In this document: positions 42,371-51,533 of the stretch, piece by piece
Layout: every line of letters begins with the position of its first letter
How positions within the stretch are numbered: position 1 is the stretch's first letter
Assembly: GCA_014238535.1 (NCBI GenBank)
Contig: JABAAW010000001.1
Coordinates: 911-64,910, forward strand
Length of the DNA: 64,000 nt
Source: Alphaproteobacteria bacterium
GTDB taxonomy: Bacteria > Pseudomonadota > Alphaproteobacteria > JABAAW01
Direction of reading: 5' to 3'
Notes under the pieces: model-generated
What the model saw: only the letters and a program-made list of their open reading frames with translations
Database searches by the model: none
What the model was told of the DNA's origin: nothing
Translations under genes and position numbers: made by a program

Positions 42371-42479
42371 TTTGCATACCTATTTGATAATGAGCATTGG
42401 TTATTCTAATTAAAAGATGTAATTGTATCAGCATAGTTTATTTTTGCTTATAATATTTTGTATCTTATTGTATCTTTTT

Positions 42480-43142
42480 TCAGTGCGAAAAGATATCCTG
42501 CTCGCCCCAGCCCGCAAGGTCGAGGCGCACTCGTGTTAGTAGCGATTCGAAACATTCGTCAGCTAGCTTCGAGCGTCCTTCACGCGCGAGTATGGCGTCG
42601 AGCTTCGTTCTAATTTCGTGCAGGTATGCTACATCTAGTGCGGCATAGTGCTTTTGCGCTTCGCTGAGTTTTGCTCGTCCCCAATCGGAGCTCTGCTGCT
42701 TTTTCGACATATCGATGCTTAGGAATTCTCTGCATAAGTCCTTCAACCCGTGAGCACTTGAGTAGCTGCGTGCGATTTTTGATGCGATTTTTGTGCAATA
42801 GACAGGAGAGGTCTTTATCGCCAGAGCCTTTTCTAATACCGCCACATCGAAGCGAGCGTAGTGAAATATTTTTGTACGCGTTTTGTCTTCGAGCAATTTT
42901 TTCAAATGTGGGGCTTCACTCTGCTCGACATCGATTTGTACGAGATGACACTCGCTACCATTACCGTCGGTAAAACTTCGATTTTGCTCGCACAATTGCA
43001 CGAGGCATAATCGATCGCGCGTAAATATTTCTAACCCCGTCGTTTCGGTGTCGACGGCGATATCGCCATTCAGCACTAGGTCTGGCGGCAAATCTTTCTG
43101 GTGCAAGCGCACTCGCTTTACGGCAGGGTTATTGTTAGCCAT
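42480..43142 (-). CDS. rnd: Ribonuclease D (short alphaproteobacterial form)
   Basis: AVDTETTGL, RDRLCLVQL, FHYARFD, YCTKIAS, QQSSDWG, YAALDV. Confidence 0.92.
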   Translation of the reverse strand: MANNNPAVKRVRLHQKDLPPDLVLNGDIAVDTETTGLEIFTRDRLCLVQLCEQNRSFTDGNGSECHLVQIDVEQSEAPHLKKLLEDKTRTKIFHYARFDVAVLEKALAIKTSPVYCTKIASKIARSYSSAHGLKDLCREFLSIDMSKKQQSSDWGRAKLSEAQKHYAALDVAYLHEIRTKLDAILAREGRSKLADECFESLLTRVRLDLAGWGEQDIFSH

Positions 43143-43164
43143 AGGTATTTTTGCAATATTTTTG

Positions 43165-44952
43165 TCAATGTTTATCGCTCGTGCCGCGATAGTCTAGCGC
43201 TTTAAAGAAGTCGTTTCCTTTGTCGTCGATCACGATGAAGGCGGGAAAATTTTCAACGATTATCATCCTTATCGCCTCCATGCCCAACTCTGGATACTCG
43301 ATGGTTTCGACGCTGCGTATGCAATCTTGTGCGAGTCTTGCCGCAGCCCCTCCTATCGAGCCTAGGTAGAATCCGCCATAGTTTCGGCAAGCGTCTCGTA
43401 CTTCTTTAGAACGGTTGCCTTTAGCGAGCATTACCATCGAGCCTCCCAAGTCTTGAAATTCTGCGACATACCCGTCCATGCGCCCGGCGGTCGTTGGTCC
43501 GAATGATCCAGACGAGTATCCTTTTGGCGTTTTTGCAGGACCAGCATAGTATATCGGGTGTTGTTTGAAGTAGTCTGGCAAGCCATCTCCCGCTGCTATG
43601 CGTGCGCGTAGTTTAGCGTGCGCGGCATCTCGCGCGACGATGATTGGTCCATTTAACGAAAGCCTTGTTTTTATCGGGTGTTTAGAAAGTTCGGCTCGTA
43701 TTTCGTCCATGGGGAGTTGCAGATTTATCGAGACAACAGGTCCTTTTGTGGGAGCAATCTGTGGCAGGAATTGAGCTGGTTCGTGCTCCAGTTCTTCTAA
43801 AAAAACCCCATCGCGAGTTATTTTCCCTAGTGCTTGGCGGTCGGCAGAACAAGATACGCTAAGTGCGATTGGTAGGCTTGCGCCGTGTCGTGGCAATCGT
43901 ATCACGCGCACATCGTGGCAGTAGTATTTGCCGCCGAATTGCGCGCCGATTCCCATTTTTTGCGTCATGTTTAGGATTGTTTTTTCCATTTTGTGGTCGC
44001 GGAAGGCTTGCCCCTTCTCTCCCCCTTCGCTTGGCAGTTGGTCTAGGTAGTGCGTTGATGCGAGTTTTGCAGTTTTTAGAGTAAACTCTGCGGAGGTGCC
44101 ACCGATAACGATTGCGAGATGGTATGGCGGGCAAGCGGCTGTACCGAGGGTGCGTATTTTTTCATCGAGGAATGCCAGCATGCGTTCTTCATCGAGTATC
44201 GATGGCGGCGGTTGAAAGAGGAAACTCTTGTTGGCGGAGCCTCCTCCTTTAGCGATGAACAAGAAGTGGTATTCGTCGATGCTTTTTTGCGCGTCTTGAG
44301 CGAATATTTCTATTTGCGCGGGTAGGTTGTCGCGAGTGTTTTTTTCTTCGAACATGCTTAGCGGAGATAGTTGACTGTATCGCAGATTTTTCTCGTTATA
44401 GGCTAAGAATATTCCGCGAGCGATTGCCTTTTCATCGCTATTATCTTCTGCTGTGTGGCACCATACGCGCTGTCCTTTTTTCGCCATTACCAACGCAGTG
44501 CCTGTATCTTGGCACATCGGCAAAGTTCCTGCTGATGCGATATTGGCGTTTTTCAAAAGGTCGTATGCGACGAAGCGATCATTATCTGACGCTTCTTTAT
44601 CCTCTAGTATTCGCGCGAGTTGTTTTAGGTGGCTGCTACGCAAGAAGTGGTTGATGTCTTGGAACGCGTGTGAGGAGAGTAGGGTGAGCGCACGGCGATC
44701 TACTTTTAAAATTGTTTCGTCCTCGAAACTACTTTCTTCGATGAACGAGCTAGGAGAATCTAGGCTACGGTATGAAGTATTAGACTCACCGAGAGAAAAT
44801 ATTGGCGCGTAGCTGAAACATTGCTGAGGGGATGCGTTCGCTTGCTCAAGTGCTACTGGTCGTTCGGTTCTTTGCATGTAGGGCTCTTTGATGGTTTTTT
44901 GTTGTTCGCTCGCTGTCGTTTCCATTCCGCCAAAAAGGCTATCCCAAGCCAT
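43165..44952 (-). CDS. fumA: Class I (Fe-S) fumarate hydratase
   Basis: [44 protein letters not shown]; start uncertain. Confidence 0.94.
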   Translation of the reverse strand: MAWDSLFGGMETTASEQQKTIKEPYMQRTERPVALEQANASPQQCFSYAPIFSLGESNTSYRSLDSPSSFIEESSFEDETILKVDRRALTLLSSHAFQDINHFLRSSHLKQLARILEDKEASDNDRFVAYDLLKNANIASAGTLPMCQDTGTALVMAKKGQRVWCHTAEDNSDEKAIARGIFLAYNEKNLRYSQLSPLSMFEEKNTRDNLPAQIEIFAQDAQKSIDEYHFLFIAKGGGSANKSFLFQPPPSILDEERMLAFLDEKIRTLGTAACPPYHLAIVIGGTSAEFTLKTAKLASTHYLDQLPSEGGEKGQAFRDHKMEKTILNMTQKMGIGAQFGGKYYCHDVRVIRLPRHGASLPIALSVSCSADRQALGKITRDGVFLEELEHEPAQFLPQIAPTKGPVVSINLQLPMDEIRAELSKHPIKTRLSLNGPIIVARDAAHAKLRARIAAGDGLPDYFKQHPIYYAGPAKTPKGYSSGSFGPTTAGRMDGYVAEFQDLGGSMVMLAKGNRSKEVRDACRNYGGFYLGSIGGAAARLAQDCIRSVETIEYPELGMEAIRMIIVENFPAFIVIDDKGNDFFKALDYRGTSDKH

Positions 44953-45016
44953 ATCATCCGTGGCGGATACATTTTCTACAGAACGACTTCTCTGTTATGC
45001 GAGGCATCAGCAGGTG

Positions 45017-45907
45017 TTACCTAGTTTCAGGTTCAGGGCTATTATCGTCTTGCTTGCGCTTATCTGCGTCGTGATTCTTCGCTTTAAATGTTAGCACCCT
45101 TGCTCCTTCTTCTGCGCCTATTCTCTCGTTTACCCCTGTATTTATAACGGTTTCTATCCTTGCGTTTGCAAATGTTTCTCTAGTAATTTTATCATTTGGT
45201 TTTTTACTGCTTTCAACAGATTTTAGCTTATTGGTGCGTTTCGGTTTGTGGGAAACCATGCTATATGAGATGCCTTTTATAAAAGGTGAGGTGCTATCCG
45301 AACTTTTGGAATCCCCCTTATTGCTCTCTTTATAGCCATCTTTATCGTCTGTTTTAAGCCACTCGCTGTTGCTAGTGCTACCACCTTTAGTAGCGTTTCC
45401 TTGCGGCTCTTCACGCCTTGTAGCATTACTCGGCGTAGGTTTTAGCAATTGTGTAGGCTCGTTTATTTCGTCTGTTTTGTTTGTAGCGCGTGGGTAGATC
45501 CTTCCAGGCTTATGATTGAGTCCAATTTCCTGTTCGTGCTCTGATCTATTGCCCTCGAAGTTTAGCACTAGCTCTGCTTCAGGGTCTGAGAACATTTCGA
45601 CTGCGCTGAACGGGATGTATAGGTTTTCGAACTTACCGCCGAAGCTCAGTGAGACGGAAAACCCCTTATCGCCTACGCGTAGGTTATGGAACTGATATTG
45701 CAAGACGATAGTCATGCTTTCGGGGTATTTCTGGCGTAGGTATAGTGGTAGCACTACTCGTTGAGCCATGGTCTTGAAGGTTATGTAGAAGTGATGATCG
45801 AGCGGCATCCCAAATTCTTGCGCTCGTTGTAGGGTTTTGCGCACGACCCCTCGTAGTGCCTCGTGTATCATTTCGGTGTATCCGAATGCGTCGTGCGTCG
45901 ATTTCAT
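45017..45907 (-). CDS. sspB: Alphaproteobacterial SspB ClpXP adaptor with long C-terminal extension
   Basis: ALRGVVR, HHFYITFKT, YPESMTIVLQYQF, SLSFGG...IPF...FSDP; immediately downstream of ssrA. Confidence 0.9.
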   Translation of the reverse strand: MKSTHDAFGYTEMIHEALRGVVRKTLQRAQEFGMPLDHHFYITFKTMAQRVVLPLYLRQKYPESMTIVLQYQFHNLRVGDKGFSVSLSFGGKFENLYIPFSAVEMFSDPEAELVLNFEGNRSEHEQEIGLNHKPGRIYPRATNKTDEINEPTQLLKPTPSNATRREEPQGNATKGGSTSNSEWLKTDDKDGYKESNKGDSKSSDSTSPFIKGISYSMVSHKPKRTNKLKSVESSKKPNDKITRETFANARIETVINTGVNERIGAEEGARVLTFKAKNHDADKRKQDDNSPEPETR

Positions 45908-45949
45908 TGTGTGGCGGCTATATGCTAAGGTTGTTGGGGCTCAAGGGAT

Positions 45950-46335
45950 GGTGCCGGTTTCTGTTGCCAGGCACCGGCGAGCCCCGCCTAGACCTGTGTA
46001 GGGGTCTAGGGCTTGCGAATTCGCGCCCCGTTAATTTTAAAACCAACAGGGTGCTAGTTCAGATGTTGCTTTTGCTGCGGTTAAGCGGCTTGGGCAACTA
46101 CACGCGCATTATCGTTTGCACGTTATGATTTAGCCCGATAACAGCGGGACTCCACCGAATGCCGAGCGCGCCTTTTATTACGCACGTCGAATCTATTTCG
46201 CCCCCATCGTTTTCTCTGCACGCTACCTGCTATCAAAGAAGGCACTTTCAGAGAAAATGGTGGAGGCGCCGGGTACCGCCCCCGGGTCCGCAACGTCTAT
46301 TATGACGCATCGTTTAGCACTATAGCCAAAAGGCA
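45950..46335 (-). ncRNA. ssrA: tmRNA, two-piece circularly permuted (alphaproteobacterial type)
   Basis: Minus strand: acceptor piece ends GGCGCCTCCACCA at 46258; intervening segment 46257-46206; coding piece starts GGGGGCGAAATAGATTCGAC at 46205 (G3-U70 pair); tag frame 46119-46081 = ANDNARVVAQAA*; outer ends approximate. Confidence 0.93.
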
Positions 46336-46477
46336 GTTCACTCTAGCACATTTAGCCCCCTCTAACAACCGAGCATAGGTAGTAATTTTCTCGCTCATAA
46401 AAAAGGTTGTTTTTTTTATTAAAATATCTATTTTTATAAATTGACTATGAAAGCAACGCAAATTTGGAGGAATTATA

Positions 46478-47449
46478 ATGGCAGACTACAAAGGTACAAC
46501 GGGTAACGATAGACTTGTCGGTACCCATAATAACGATAGCATGTTCGGATACGCAGGCAGAGACAATATACGTGGCCGTAGAGGTGATGATCTGCTTAAT
46601 GGTGGTGAGGGAGACGATACTCTGTATGGAGATCAGGGGCAAGATGTAATCGTAGGCTGGCATGGCAACGATAGGTTATTCGGTGGTGATGGAGGTGATA
46701 GAATTTTCGGCAATGATGGCAACGATACAATGGCAGGCTCGAATGGTAAAGATACCATGTTGGGCGGTAAGGGTGATGACACTATAGAAGGAGGTGCGGA
46801 AGCAGACCATCTAGACGGTGGTCAGGGAAACGATATTCTATCGTACATAAAATCAACCATAGGGGTAGAAGTTGATTTGTCTAATGTCGATAGCGACGGT
46901 TTCGTCTTCACATCTGGAGGGCATGCTAGGGGAGATAGGGCGAGAAACTTCGAAAAAGTACAAGGTTCTAAATTTGATGACAAAATAGCAGGCGATGATG
47001 GTGATAATTCCATATCGGGCTACAAAGGCAACGATATCCTCCATGGTGGTGGTGGAAAAGATAATGTCAGTGGCGGTCCTGGTAACGACAGATTATTGGG
47101 TAGTAAAGGCTACGATAAATTAGAAGGTGGAGATGGTGATGATATCTACGAGTTACCTATTGCTACTTTTGACGGAGCTCTCGTAAGTGATATTAATGGC
47201 AGCAACGAGATATACTTAATATTTGACGATGTTGCTCCTTTTGATAAGGATAGTATTGCCTTTAATAGAAAAGGCGCGGACTTGGTAATTGCTGTTACGG
47301 CAAGGAGAAATGATGGAGGTGGTGATATCTTCAAGGAAGTTACTATATTTAGATATTACGACTTTCTAGAATCTGTTGATTTTTCTATCTACTACAATTC
47401 GCCACACGATGATAGGTTTTTTGAGTATAGCGGCGATTTACCCTCGTAA
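46478..47449 (+). CDS. RTX (hemolysin-type Ca-binding nonapeptide repeat) protein without a recognisable catalytic domain
   Basis: Many GGxGxDxLx repeats from residue 6; no Sec signal peptide; GGAGG SD upstream. Confidence 0.9.
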   Translation: MADYKGTTGNDRLVGTHNNDSMFGYAGRDNIRGRRGDDLLNGGEGDDTLYGDQGQDVIVGWHGNDRLFGGDGGDRIFGNDGNDTMAGSNGKDTMLGGKGDDTIEGGAEADHLDGGQGNDILSYIKSTIGVEVDLSNVDSDGFVFTSGGHARGDRARNFEKVQGSKFDDKIAGDDGDNSISGYKGNDILHGGGGKDNVSGGPGNDRLLGSKGYDKLEGGDGDDIYELPIATFDGALVSDINGSNEIYLIFDDVAPFDKDSIAFNRKGADLVIAVTARRNDGGGDIFKEVTIFRYYDFLESVDFSIYYNSPHDDRFFEYSGDLPS

Positions 47450-47580
47450 GGGCTAGCTCTCGCAAAGGGCTTAACTACTATAAGAGTCAAGGAGAGGGGA
47501 ATAGTAATCGCTAATCTATAAAGATTGGTATGGTGGCACAAAAGCCTCGTTTTTTGTAAAATTTAGTGTCATTTTATGGC

Positions 47581-48558
47581 ATGCTGTCAGCTACCCCCCT
47601 GCGCTCAGACTCTGTACGAGTAGCCTTTCAGATGGACCCGCCGCAAGGACTCGACCCGCAAGGCGACTCCAGCTACGCGCTTGCACGCGCTGCGCAAAGC
47701 GATGGCGCGCAGCTATTCTATTACCGCCCGCACGAGTTGACCATGAACGCTTGTGAAGTAACCGCTCCCTTGCGTCCGATGCGAATAGGCGATGATGGCT
47801 CCGTCCTGCTGGAAGCCGCTATGCGTAAGAACCTCAGGCGTGATGTCGATATTGTGCTGATGCGTCAAGACCCGCCCTTCCACATGGGCTATATCACCGC
47901 AACGCATATCCTAGAGCACCTCGCGGGCGATACTTTAGTCGTAAACGATCCGATATCCGTGCGCAACGCACCAGAGAAGTTGCTAGTAGCCTATTACCCC
48001 GACTTGATGCCACAAACCATAATCTCCATGGATAGACACGAGCTACGGGCGTTCAGAGACGAGGTCGGCGATTTGGTGTTGAAGCCTCTTTATGGTAATG
48101 GCGGTGCCGGTATCTTTCTATTCAGCAAGGACGATGTGAACTTCGCCTCGTATCTAGAGTCTTTTTGTCCCGATGTCGAAGGGAGCGAACGCACTCCGAT
48201 AATTGCACAAGCATACATAAAGAGCGTAAGCGAGGGTGACAAGCGCATCATCCTGCTCGATGGTGAACTGCTGGGGGCTATCAACCGTCGCCCGCCGCGG
48301 GGCGAGATTCGTGCTAACATGCATATCGGTGGCATCGCAGAAAAAACTACCTTGAGCACGCGCGATATAGAAATTTGCGAACGTCTGAAGCCGATGTTAC
48401 AACAGAAAGGTTTATTGTTTACTGGCATCGATGTGATAGACGGACTACTAACCGAAATAAATGTCACTTCGCCTACGGGCTTGCAAGAGCTTTCGCGTTT
48501 CGAGCACTTTGACGCGGCGATGAAGGTATGGCTCTGTATAAAGAGCAAAGCAAGCTGA
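47581..48558 (+). CDS. gshB: Glutathione synthetase
   Basis: AFQMDP, MRQDPPFHMGYI, RNAPEK, KPLYGNGG, GDKRI, RANMHIGG, EINVTSPTG. Confidence 0.96.
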   Translation: MLSATPLRSDSVRVAFQMDPPQGLDPQGDSSYALARAAQSDGAQLFYYRPHELTMNACEVTAPLRPMRIGDDGSVLLEAAMRKNLRRDVDIVLMRQDPPFHMGYITATHILEHLAGDTLVVNDPISVRNAPEKLLVAYYPDLMPQTIISMDRHELRAFRDEVGDLVLKPLYGNGGAGIFLFSKDDVNFASYLESFCPDVEGSERTPIIAQAYIKSVSEGDKRIILLDGELLGAINRRPPRGEIRANMHIGGIAEKTTLSTRDIEICERLKPMLQQKGLLFTGIDVIDGLLTEINVTSPTGLQELSRFEHFDAAMKVWLCIKSKAS

Positions 48559-48665
48559 AGCGACTAAAAGGATTTTATGTATCTTAGTTAGTCTACATCG
48601 ATGCCTAAATTGTGCTACCATACCTTGATAGAGTTGGGTACTAGAAGACTAAGAGGTATAAGCGC

Positions 48666-48998
48666 ATGTGGATTTTGCCACGGGTTTTGACAACGATATT
48701 ATTTTTAACGCTAGCTTTCGCTTTTCCTAACCCTGAAAAGTCGAGTGCTGAGAGTACTAGTTCGATGTCGTTTGGTAGCATGAAAATAGAATTTCCATCC
48801 TTCGCTGAATGTGTGAAAAAAGCGCGTGAGTTTGGCAAAAAAAACGCAAGCCAAGCGATAGGCTTGGAGAAGATAGACAAGACGCAGGAGAAGTACTTCG
48901 TGCAACTAAAGCGTAGCAAGCCGACCGATAAAAGACCGGGTTCGTTGGAATGCGATGGTGGAAAGCTGATGATGCGCGGCATATCGATTGGCTTATAA
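48666..48998 (+). CDS. Small hypothetical secreted protein
   Basis: Signal-peptide-like N-terminus (VLTTILFLTLAFA), two Cys, fills the gshB-pth gap on the same strand. Confidence 0.55.
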   Translation: MWILPRVLTTILFLTLAFAFPNPEKSSAESTSSMSFGSMKIEFPSFAECVKKAREFGKKNASQAIGLEKIDKTQEKYFVQLKRSKPTDKRPGSLECDGGKLMMRGISIGL

Positions 48999-49037
48999 CG
49001 AGGCTAAACAAAACCACACCTGCATCTATCGTCGGTA

Positions 49038-49637
49038 ATGCCGCTTCTCATCGTTGGGCTTGGTAATCCGGGTGCGCGCTATGCGAATACGCGTCATAAT
49101 ATAGGCTTCATGCTAGTGGATCGGCTCGCCAAAGAGCGCGGGCTAGTTTGGCACAATCGGTTAAAAGGCAAGGCTACATACGCCGAAAAGCTGACGCAAG
49201 GGTTAACGCACGATGATAACATTCGTTTGCTGAAGCCTATGTCCTACATGAATTGCTCGGGCGCAGCGTTTGCGTCAAACCTCTTGCGTAATAAGGGCAT
49301 GCAAGAAATTCTAGTAGTCCACGACGACCTAGATTTAGCACTAGGGCGCGTTAAGATGAAGTGTGGCGGTTCGGATGGCGGACACAAAGGGTTGCGTAGC
49401 ATCGATGGCACTATCGGGCGCAACTACTGGCGTATGCGTATCGGTATCGGGCGACCATTAGCTACTACCGCGGTCGAAGATTATGTTTTGGCTCGCTTTA
49501 GCCCTATAGATAGAGACATCATCGATGGAGTTTTAGAGCGCGCTACAAAAAACATAAGCCTATTGTGCAACGACGGCGGTTTGCAACAAGATAGCGTTAC
49601 TAATTTCGTAGACGCTGTCTCCTATACTAATATGTGA
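49038..49637 (+). CDS. pth: Peptidyl-tRNA hydrolase
   Basis: IVGLGNPG..Y..TRHNIGF, KPMSYMN, VVHDDLD, RMRIGIGRP. Confidence 0.95.
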   Translation: MPLLIVGLGNPGARYANTRHNIGFMLVDRLAKERGLVWHNRLKGKATYAEKLTQGLTHDDNIRLLKPMSYMNCSGAAFASNLLRNKGMQEILVVHDDLDLALGRVKMKCGGSDGGHKGLRSIDGTIGRNYWRMRIGIGRPLATTAVEDYVLARFSPIDRDIIDGVLERATKNISLLCNDGGLQQDSVTNFVDAVSYTNM

Positions 49638-49736
49638 TGCTCGCGGATTTACGCTCGACTTTGTAAATAAAGAGGCAGAATACTCAGGTCTAGTGAGGTT
49701 TATTGTATTCACTTGAACTCACTTTTGTTAGTTCCG

Positions 49737-51476
49737 CTAGATAAGGTCGTAGCGATGCGTTTCGCTTTTTGCGCCTGGATGGGTTACAGCGCCCTTTTCG
49801 GCAGGTCCTACCGTTTGCGTGTAGCGCCACAGCGCACCTGACTGGTAGTCGTGCTTTGGAGCGACCCACTTCATCCGCCTGCTTTCGATCTCGGCGTCCG
49901 ACAAGTCGACGGAAATAGTTCCTTTCGCAGCATCCATTTTGATCATGTCGCCGTTTTCGAGCAATGCTATCATGCCACCCGTCGCTGCCTCTGGTCCCAC
50001 ATGCCCTACACAAAATCCGCGTGTTGCGCCCGAAAAGCGTCCGTCTGTAATTAGAGCGACCTTATCGCCTCGATTCTGTCCGTACAGCGCGGCGGTAGTT
50101 GCCAACATCTCTCGCATACCCGGTCCCCCCTTAGGTCCTTCGTAGCGAATAACCAATACCTCACCGTCTTCGAACTGTTGTTTACATACCGCGTCGTAAG
50201 CCTCTTCTTCGCTGTTGAATACTCGCGCTTTACCTGTGAACTGTAAATTATCCATACCTGCGATTTTGACGATCGCCCCCTCGCTCGCCAAATTGCCACG
50301 CAACTCGACTACGCCACCATTTTTTGATATTGGGTTCGCGCAAGGGCGCACGACATCTTGGTCGGTCGGGAATACCACAGATTCGAGATTTTCACCGATC
50401 GTTTTGCCAGTAACGGTCATGCAGTCGGGGTCGAGCAACCCAGCGTCTAGCAATGCTTTCATCAACACTGGCACGCCGCCGACTAAATGTAAATCTAGAG
50501 CAACGTATTTGCCAGATGGTTTCAAGTCGGCGATGTAGGGGGTATCGCGAAAAATACGGCATACCTCGTGTAGGTCGAAATCGATACCGCACTCGTGCGC
50601 TATCGCGGGTAGATGTAGGGCTGCGTTTGTAGAACCGCCGCTAGCAGATACAATTCGAGCAGCGTTTGTAAGCGCGGCGCGTGTTACTATGTCCCTAGGC
50701 TTGATACCTTTCTCGAGCAGCGTCATCACGGATGCGCCAGCGTGTCGCGCGTATGCATCGCGGCTTTCGTATGGTGCGGGAGTGCCCGCCGAGCCCGGTA
50801 GCGCCAAGCCGATCGCTTCAGAAACGCAAGCCATCGTATTGGCTGTAAACTGTCCTCCGCAAGAGCCAGCGGAAGGACAAGCAACGCACTCCAACTCGTG
50901 CAGAGCCTCCTCGTCAATTTTACCACCTGCGAACTCGCCAACGGCTTCGAAGACATCCTGTATTGTGACATCCTTGCCTTTGTGTTTGCCTGGTAGTATT
51001 GAGCCGCCATAGAGAAAAACCGAAGGTACATTCAAGCGCAACATCGCCATCATCATGCCTGGTAAAGATTTATCGCAACCCGCGATACCAACTAACGCAT
51101 CGTAGCAATGCCCGCGCATCGTAAGTTCTACCGAATCGGCTATAAGGTCGCGGCTGACTAAAGAGGACTTCATACCTTGGTGCCCCATCGCGATTCCATC
51201 CGTGACCGTAATGGTCGTAAACTCTCGCGGAGTTCCCATCGCAGACTTAACACCCAACTTCACAGCCGCTGCCTGCCGCCCAAGCGAGATGTTACAAGGT
51301 GCTGCCTCGTTCCAGCAAGTGGCGACACCAACGAATGGCTGCGCTATCTCTTCCTCTGTCATTCCCATAGCGTAGTAGTAAGACCTGTGTGGTGCGCTCG
51401 ATGCACCAACGCTAACATGCCTTGAGGGGAGGCGAGACTTGTCGCGCATAGATACTTCTTCTGCTGATCTAGACAT
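49737..51476 (-). CDS. ilvD: Dihydroxy-acid dehydratase
   Basis: [48 protein letters not shown]. Confidence 0.97.
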   Translation of the reverse strand: MSRSAEEVSMRDKSRLPSRHVSVGASSAPHRSYYYAMGMTEEEIAQPFVGVATCWNEAAPCNISLGRQAAAVKLGVKSAMGTPREFTTITVTDGIAMGHQGMKSSLVSRDLIADSVELTMRGHCYDALVGIAGCDKSLPGMMMAMLRLNVPSVFLYGGSILPGKHKGKDVTIQDVFEAVGEFAGGKIDEEALHELECVACPSAGSCGGQFTANTMACVSEAIGLALPGSAGTPAPYESRDAYARHAGASVMTLLEKGIKPRDIVTRAALTNAARIVSASGGSTNAALHLPAIAHECGIDFDLHEVCRIFRDTPYIADLKPSGKYVALDLHLVGGVPVLMKALLDAGLLDPDCMTVTGKTIGENLESVVFPTDQDVVRPCANPISKNGGVVELRGNLASEGAIVKIAGMDNLQFTGKARVFNSEEEAYDAVCKQQFEDGEVLVIRYEGPKGGPGMREMLATTAALYGQNRGDKVALITDGRFSGATRGFCVGHVGPEAATGGMIALLENGDMIKMDAAKGTISVDLSDAEIESRRMKWVAPKHDYQSGALWRYTQTVGPAEKGAVTHPGAKSETHRYDLI

Positions 51477-51533
51477 AGATTTTCCTTATACGATGGGGTT
51501 GACGGTTATAGGGTTGATTATAGGTTACTCGCT

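Larger units (their letters stand above)
41271..42479. mobile_element. AT-rich, probably horizontally acquired islet carrying a two-gene toxin-antitoxin-like module
   Basis: Abrupt drop in GC (about one third by eye) and near loss of the CGCG/GCGC words typical of the flanks; bounded by the xerD and rnd stop codons; no transposase or att repeat seen. Confidence 0.6.

Noticed and set aside
45856..46128. 90-aa + strand ORF
   Set aside because: Antisense to the tmRNA coding piece and the sspB start; spurious.
46478..47449. RTX gene as a tmRNA-integrated genomic island
   Set aside because: It lies upstream of the ssrA transcription unit, with no integrase and no duplicated ssrA 3' fragment.
49651..49678. 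Possible dif-like site (TCGACTTTGTAA) between convergent pth and ilvD
   Set aside because: Lacks the conserved TTATGTTAAAT-type XerD arm, and no obvious skew switch is visible here.
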